Assembly: GCA_965644295.1 (NCBI GenBank)
Contig: CBFFRP010000047.1
Span: forward strand, 1 to 13,962
Length of the DNA stretch: 13,962 nt
Direction: 5' to 3'
From: Paraphysomonas bandaiensis
Taxonomy: Eukaryota; Protista; Chrysophyceae
Numbering within the stretch: the first letter of the stretch is position 1; each line of letters starts with the position of its first letter. Positions 7,638 through 13,962 of the stretch are shown here, in pieces. Below the pieces are notes generated by a model. It was not told the origin of the DNA and ran no database searches. It saw only the letters and a list, made by a program, of their open reading frames with translations. Position numbers and translations under genes: made by a program.

Positions 7638-9443
7638 TCACCCCACAATATCTATTTCCGACTCATCTTCGTCGTCATCACTGGAACTCTCCTCTTCTTC
7701 ATTATCTGCATTGAATATGCTATCCCGATCTGTAGTAACACTACGTGTACTCGTTTCACTCTCGCGTTCTCGACTCTCCTCACATGAACCTGTCGATGAG
7801 GGTTCCATGGATTCGTTATCACGGCCTTGCTCTACATCACGATTAGTCCCAGCGGCAGTAGAGCTAGTTTCCGAACGCGTAGTACAAGACAAACTGATGC
7901 TGTCACGAACGGTGTAAAACTCACCTTCGGATACTGTACAAAAATTATCCAACTAAAATCACAGTGCACTACATACCCGTTGATACAATATCCGGGACCG
8001 TTGTTTGCAATGGTTTAACATCACTTTTAACTTCCTGTTGATCTGGTTTTCCTTCGCTACTGGTGGTAAAAGTTTTTGCATTTTGATTGGGACCGTCTTG
8101 TACATCACGACCTATGGGTCTCGTACGGCTGATCATTTTTCCGTCTGTCTTGTCAATTACACAAGGTCCTCGCGCAGCGCGGCGTTGTCGATGGCCCAGC
8201 AGTGGTTCTTTAGCGCCATCTCTGTCTTTGATGTTTAGATCAGGTCGAGACTCATAGAGTAATGCTTTGTCTTCTCGACTCAGTCGGCGGTAACGGTACA
8301 CCGTGCGCTTGTCTTTTGATATGTCTGCATTTGTTTTTTCTGCATTCTCGAACATAACCGTTTTCTCTTTGAAACTGCGATTCAGGTTTGTATCTGCAGA
8401 TACACCTACGCAGAACCCTAGACCCATCCATTGCATTGCCCGTAGAAAGGAACGATTTAGATGAGGATCCTTAGTTTAAAAAGTAAATCAGAGCTTGTAA
8501 AGGAATGCAAAAAAATACAGTGTTTGTAGAACTACATAAAAATAATTACATGCAAACATATTCGACATGAAAGTGATTGCGGATGAAAGTGATAACATTC
8601 TAAATATCTCTTTAATTCCAAGCATACCTGCATTCCAAACACAAGAAAATTGAAAAATCCAGTGGTGTACAGCAGAATGCGCGACAGAACTTCCAATAGA
8701 GGGCTGTGAATACCACTTATCTCAAGAATATAAAACACAATAGTCGGCGCCCAGCATAACATACAAACTACAATATAGTGGTACATTACGCGCTTCCTGC
8801 GTTTACGCACACTACGCGGAAAAGCTCGTGACGACATTCGCTTCCTCACTTGAAAAAAGGCATAGACATTAATCGAGAATCCGATAGCTATCGGAATAAG
8901 TTCGGTGAACATAACTTCGTACCATTTACCGAGCTTTTCATAGTCCGGTTCACATCCTAGACTATGCTCCCCAGTGTGTTGTTTTATAATAGCTAATAGG
9001 GCTCCAGGCATTGCAAATATATAGACAAAGCTTACGTAAGCGTAGTCGTAGTATCGTGACTCCTCAACCTCCGTAAGCCATTTTCTTTTGCTGACAGCTT
9101 GAACAGCTTCAAACGCAATGACACAAGTCCACAATAAGCTGGATATCCTCGACAGTGTCACGAGAGGGCTGCATACATAACACACCCCCACAGGCACTTT
9201 CCCCGGCTCCCCATAATCACCCTCAAACACCCAAAACAGAGCCTGGATAAAACTCGCACTAAACCATACGCAGTCAGCCAGTGCAAGATTAAGAATCAAT
9301 CTAGCAGCTCTCGGCTTAGATGAGGATGTCTTGACTAAACAATATGACAATATTACAATCAACGAGCCAAGCAAAGACAGAGCACTGCACAGGGCCGTGC
9401 CAAATGTATCAAGCCTAGTGACCAGATTATCCGAGAGTTTCAT
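7638..9443 (-). CDS. Seven-transmembrane GPCR-like protein (cAMP-receptor/GCR1-like) with long charged C-tail, ~534 aa, exons 9443-8628, 8469-7977, 7933-7638
   Basis: Seven hydrophobic segments with family-like motifs SLLGSLIVILSY, RLILNLALAD, C...SSLLWTCVIA, CWAP and GFFNFLVFG. Introns 8470-8627 (phase 0, joins FGMQ/DPHLNRSF) and 7934-7976 (phase 1, joins IVST/VSEGEF) are GT-AG and link three track ORFs. An in-frame TGA two codons upstream fixes the ATG at 9443. A possible extra intron (GTGAGT donor at 7641, acceptor at 7536) would change the C-terminus to ...IVGNLLSWVF*. Confidence 0.85.
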
Positions 9444-9536
9444 TTCTCACTCGGAGCTGGTCAAAGCAACATACTAACACACTGATGATACCATAACATC
9501 ATACCATAAATAATATACATATCAACACATTCAGAT

Positions 9537-9752
9537 ATACATACATACATACATACATACATACATACATACATACATACATACATACATACATACATAC
9601 ATACATACATACATACATACATACATACATACATACATACATACATACATACATACATACATACATACATACATACATACATACATACATACATACATAC
9701 ATACATACATACATACATACATACATACATACATACATACATACATACATAC

Positions 9753-9783
<31 letters not shown>

Positions 9784-9815
9784 CATACACACACATACAT
9801 ACATACGTACATACA

Positions 9816-9845
<30 letters not shown>
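9537..9845. repeat. (ATAC)n / (TATG)n tetranucleotide microsatellite, ~77 units
   Basis: Directly visible: 54 uninterrupted units at 9537-9752, then interruptions near 9753, 9789-9795 and 9807. Confidence 0.99.
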
Positions 9846-9850
<5 letters not shown>

Positions 9851-9864
9851 TCAGTAGAGTACCT

Positions 9865-11611
9865 ATAACGAAAGAAAATCGGCCCCCTCAAAAAAATCGG
9901 CCCCCCTTTTCATCATCCATTTTCCCACCCCCCCTTGAACTGATATGCACATACACACATGACATTAACTCCAACACCACAACTAACCACAACATACACC
10001 AATACAATCAGACACATACACGCTCTCTTTACAATGGAGTATGTCAACATTATATGCAGTCATTTTCACCATCACACCCTGTGTCTCGAGTGATTAGACA
10101 GAGGAGCCCTGTGTCCTCAGGATGGCTATTGATCGCTATATGCAGAGCAGTGGGATACATTAACCACTACTGAGACTCTATATGCGACTTACTACTGCAG
10201 AAAAAGTGTTTGGAGAGGTGAGAGGGTGTGGGAGGGTCACGTATCATCTCTGTGGCTTGGATTCTGTGCCGGTCAGTATTTGTCCATAAAGAGGAGGGGT
10301 CCATACAGTGCACATCAGGTCATACATTCACCAGAAATTTGAAATGCGCCAAAATAATAGGCCATATCGATGGATGGAGGGCATTGATATGGCATATCAA
10401 CCAATTTGATTAGATTTAAGTGCACCGCTGCCGTCCGTAGAAATTATGTGGATATGCTACCTTGTCACCATCCGAGTCAGCTTATCAGTGTCGGAACCGA
10501 CTTATCGAATGGAAGATAAGCGATATTTATTTGGTAGAAAGAGATTTGGCACTTTATGGGCTTCCTTGTGCGTTGTACAATGATTAATGTTGCAAATACC
10601 CTTGACTAGCTTGTTGGTTGCAGACACCCCATGTTAGGGTGCTGTAGGGTCACAGCAAGCAGTGTTCACTCATGTCATATATGTAGGATACCTAATATAT
10701 TGCACTCATTCAGCTTTATTGGGGTCTTGTTACATCTACAATGCCATTGTTGCCATAGTTGTCGATTTAAATGGGCTTTACGGCGAGTGCAGCTGATGAT
10801 TGTTGAAAGTCTATACATGTCTAGTCTTTGTTGGCTATTCTCAAGACTTTGTCCCGAACTATCTCTCCACGCGACTTGTGTGAATGTGTATGTTTTATGT
10901 CTATACATATATATTACCTTTGTATGTACTTTATATGCACATGTGTGTACTACGTTTCCCTTATGTTTACTAGGTTTATATGGGTGTACGTGGTTTATTA
11001 TATATATTACCTACAATGCTTCATATAAGCGTCAGTGTTCGAATATATGTACTCTTGACTTATGTATGCATATACGAGCGTTCTGAATGTATGTGTATCT
11101 GTGTGTTGTCATGTAGATATTTATAATAATATGATATCGTTATAGTCGATGTGAACTTGCTTGTATAAGTACTAGTCATAGTAAAGTAGCTATATATATA
11201 TGTAGATCTTAAATACAACGATTGGCAGTATGTGGTTACAAGAAGTATAGGTATAAGGTATAAGTTAGCTTATCACACAAGTGTCTAAATCTAAACTACG
11301 AAGGAGTACAGTAGCTGATTTATATTGACAGAAGTAGTGTACTATTCCAAGTTATATGTGGGCTAGCATCGAGGTATTAGCTGGAATAATTACATGCATA
11401 ACAAGACAGTATACTATCAAACCACACATATACCGGCATGAATTTATAAGCAAATATTAGAATATTAGTCAAGTGGTTATGGTTATCTAGTTTCAAAATA
11501 GCAATCAATAGACGATAACAACCTAGGAATTATAAGCACACTATCAGTACTCTCGCCACTAAACAGATTAGTTGGGAATATGTGCGAACAATAGCATACA
11601 ACTACGCAATG
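9865..11611 (+). repeat. Left arm (>=1747 bp) of a long inverted repeat
   Basis: Reverse complement of 12180-13962. Mirror-image ORFs in the track (10228..10413 vs 13414..13599; 10631..11086 vs 12708..13196) confirm the symmetry. Confidence 0.98.
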
Positions 11612-12179
11612 GTACAACGAACTATTGAATGTCCTTAAATCGAATTAGTCATTTTAAGTTCAAGTGCTCCTGGTTTTAGGAGCAGCTAGAACTGATAGAG
11701 CATGTACAATTTGTCTCCGCCTATCAAAGTAATATCAGCTCTACGTTTCGATTAAGACTCTGATTTTCTTTTTAAAGTGTCAAGTTCTTTCATTTGTTGC
11801 TCTTTACAGCGCATCTTCTGCCTTTTTTATTCTTTTCCTTTCTGCTTTATAGCTGTTGCTGTCTTGAAACCTTTATACGAATATTTTCTTCATCCACATG
11901 TATTCTATAATGAACTTAAGATCTCCAGCAGCCATCTCCGCTTTGTATCTTTCAACAACTACTTCATGATTAACACTCTTTGACTAAAGTTCAACATGCG
12001 TGAGATTATTATGACAAATGATGGTAGTACCAGGTTTAATACCACCCTCAACCAACTCTCTATGTGCTGCGCGACAACGAAGTGTGACATAAACGAAAAC
12101 ACAAGAAATTCAGTCAAACATTACATCTACCACTTCATCCAGTATTATCACTGAAAACGTAATACTTAAACCATTAAAA
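11612..12179 (-). pseudogene. Unique spacer of the inverted repeat; possible decayed gene fragment
   Basis: Minus frame 12064-11876 reads HRELVEGGIKPGTTIICHNNLTHVEL*SKSVNHEVVVERYKAEMAAGDLKFIIEYMWMKKIFV with one stop. It is preceded by an intron-like GTAATG...cgcgcAG (12124-12067) and followed by K/E/R-rich broken frames. No family was recognised. Confidence 0.3.
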
Positions 12180-13962
12180 CATTGCGTAGTTGTATGCTAT
12201 TGTTCGCACATATTCCCAACTAATCTGTTTAGTGGCGAGAGTACTGATAGTGTGCTTATAATTCCTAGGTTGTTATCGTCTATTGATTGCTATTTTGAAA
12301 CTAGATAACCATAACCACTTGACTAATATTCTAATATTTGCTTATAAATTCATGCCGGTATATGTGTGGTTTGATAGTGTACTGTCTTGTTATGCATGTA
12401 ATTATTCCAGCTAATACCTCGATGCTAGCCCACATATAACTTGGAATAGTACACTACTTCTGTCAATATAAATCAGCTACTGTACTCCTTCGTAGTTTAG
12501 ATTTAGACACTTGTGTGATAAGCTAACTTATACCTTATACCTATACTTCTTGTAAACACATACTGCCAATCGTTGTATTTAAGATCTACATATATATATA
12601 GCTACTTTACTATGACTAGTACTTATACAAGCAAGTTCACATCGACTATAACGATATCATATTATTATTATAAATATCTACATGACAACACACAGATACA
12701 CATACATTCAGAACGCTCGTATATATATGCATACAAAAACACACAGGTAACATATTCTCATACATAAGTCAAGAGTACATATATTCGAACACTGACGCTT
12801 ATATGAAGCATTGTAGGTAATATATATAATAAACCTCGTACACCCATATAAACCTAGTAAACATAAGGGAAACGTAGTACACACATGTGCATATAAAGTA
12901 CATACAAAGGTAATATATATGTATAGACATAAAACATACACATTCACACAAGTCGCGTGGAGAGATAGTTCGGGACAAAGTCTTGAGAATAGCCAACAAA
13001 GACTAGACATGTATAGACTTTCAACAATCATCAGCTGCACTCGCCGTAAAGCCCATTTAAATCGACAACTATGGCAACAATGGCATTGTAGATGTAACAA
13101 GACCCCAATAAAGCTGAATGAGTGCAATATATTAGGTATCCTACATATATGACATGAGTGAACACTGCTTGCTGTGACCCTACAGCACCCTAACATGGGG
13201 TGTCTGCAACCAACAAGCTAGTCAAGGGTATTTGCAACATTAATCATTGTACAACGCACAAGGAAGCCCATAAAGTGCCAAATCTCTTTCTACCAAATAA
13301 ATATCGCTTATCTTCCATTCGATAAGTCGGTTCCGACACTGATAAGCTGACTCGGATGGTGACAAGGTAGCATATCCACATAATTTCTACGGACGGCAGC
13401 GGTGCACTTAAATCTAATCAAATTGGTTGATATGCCATATCAATGCCCTCCATCCATCGATATGGCCTATTATTTTGGCGCATTTCAAATTTCTGGTGAA
13501 TGTATGACCTGATGTGCACTGTATGGACCCCTCCTCTTTATGGACAAATACTGACCGGCACAGAATCCAAGCCACAGAGATGATACGTGACCCTCCCACA
13601 CCCTCTCACCTCTCCAAACACTTTTTCTGCAGTAGTAAGTCGCATATAGAGTCTCAGTAGTGGTTAATGTATCCCACTGCTCTGCATATAGCGATCAATA
13701 GCCATCCTGAGGACACAGGGCTCCTCTGTCTAATCACTCGAGACACAGGGTGTGATGGTGAAAATGACTGCATATAATGTTGACATACTCCATTGTAAAG
13801 AGAGCGTGTATGTGTCTGATTGTATTGGTGTATGTTGTGGTTAGTTGTGGTGTTGGAGTTAATGTCATGTGTGTATGTGCATATCAGTTCAAGGGGGGGG
13901 GGGAAAATGGATGATGAAAAGGGGGGCCGATTTTTTTGAGGGGGCCGATTTTCTTTCGTTAT
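12180..13962 (-). repeat. Right arm (>=1783 bp, truncated by the window end) of the long inverted repeat
   Basis: Matches 9865-11611 except for at least 4 substitutions (left positions 9927, 10991, 11235, 11412) and 3 indels totalling 36 bp (29+4+3) present only in this arm. Confidence 0.98.

Larger units (their letters stand above)
9865..13962. mobile_element. Putative non-autonomous fold-back / long-TIR DNA element (~4.1 kb), superfamily unassigned
   Basis: Two ~1.75-kb inverted arms surround a 568-bp spacer. Tandem AAAATCGGCCCCC motifs (9875, 9893) lie near the outer end, and there is no transposase ORF. The true terminus and TSD are not visible, so an inverted segmental duplication is not excluded. 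Confidence 0.55.

Noticed and set aside
7300-8238. Several short plus-strand ORFs (7300-7554, 7542-7787, 7567-7917, 7827-8018, 8005-8238)
   Set aside because: Antisense to the GPCR tail or 3' flank; their composition mirrors the minus-strand coding sequence.
9537-9845. Telomeric repeat array
   Set aside because: ATAC/TATG lacks the G-runs of known telomere motifs and is internal, flanked by complex sequence.
9461-9891. MYVC-repeat ORFs
   Set aside because: Translation artefacts of the stop-free (TATG)n microsatellite.
10228-13599. Mirror-image ORFs in the inverted-repeat arms (61-162 aa)
   Set aside because: C/Y/V/I-rich low-complexity translations typical of TA/TG-rich non-coding DNA with no domain motifs; their duplication merely reflects the repeat.

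Overview
Eukaryotic (protist-like; stramenopile is my inference) nuclear DNA with compact genes and short GT-AG introns. From left to right: (1) the right end of an extremely AT-rich element at 1-647 whose terminus resembles the hAT TIR found later in the window, apparently inside a gene whose last two exons (674-714, 961-981) end in a CaaX box; (2) a 3-exon GH30 glucosylceramidase-like gene (minus, 1276-3061); (3) a divergently oriented 3-exon cyclophilin with signal peptide and C-terminal TM helix (3668-4653); (4) a complete hAT DNA transposon (4904-7315) with 23-bp perfect TIRs, 8-bp TSD ATCTACAT and an intact spliced ~580-aa BED-DDE transposase; (5) a cAMP-receptor/GCR1-like 7TM receptor gene (minus, 7638-9443); (6) a ~310-bp (ATAC)n microsatellite; (7) a large near-perfect inverted repeat (arms 9865-11611 and 12180-13962, ~1.75 kb each, 568-bp spacer) that runs off the window end and encodes no recognisable protein. 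Gene models were built by hand from splice signals and motif continuity; no database searches were run.
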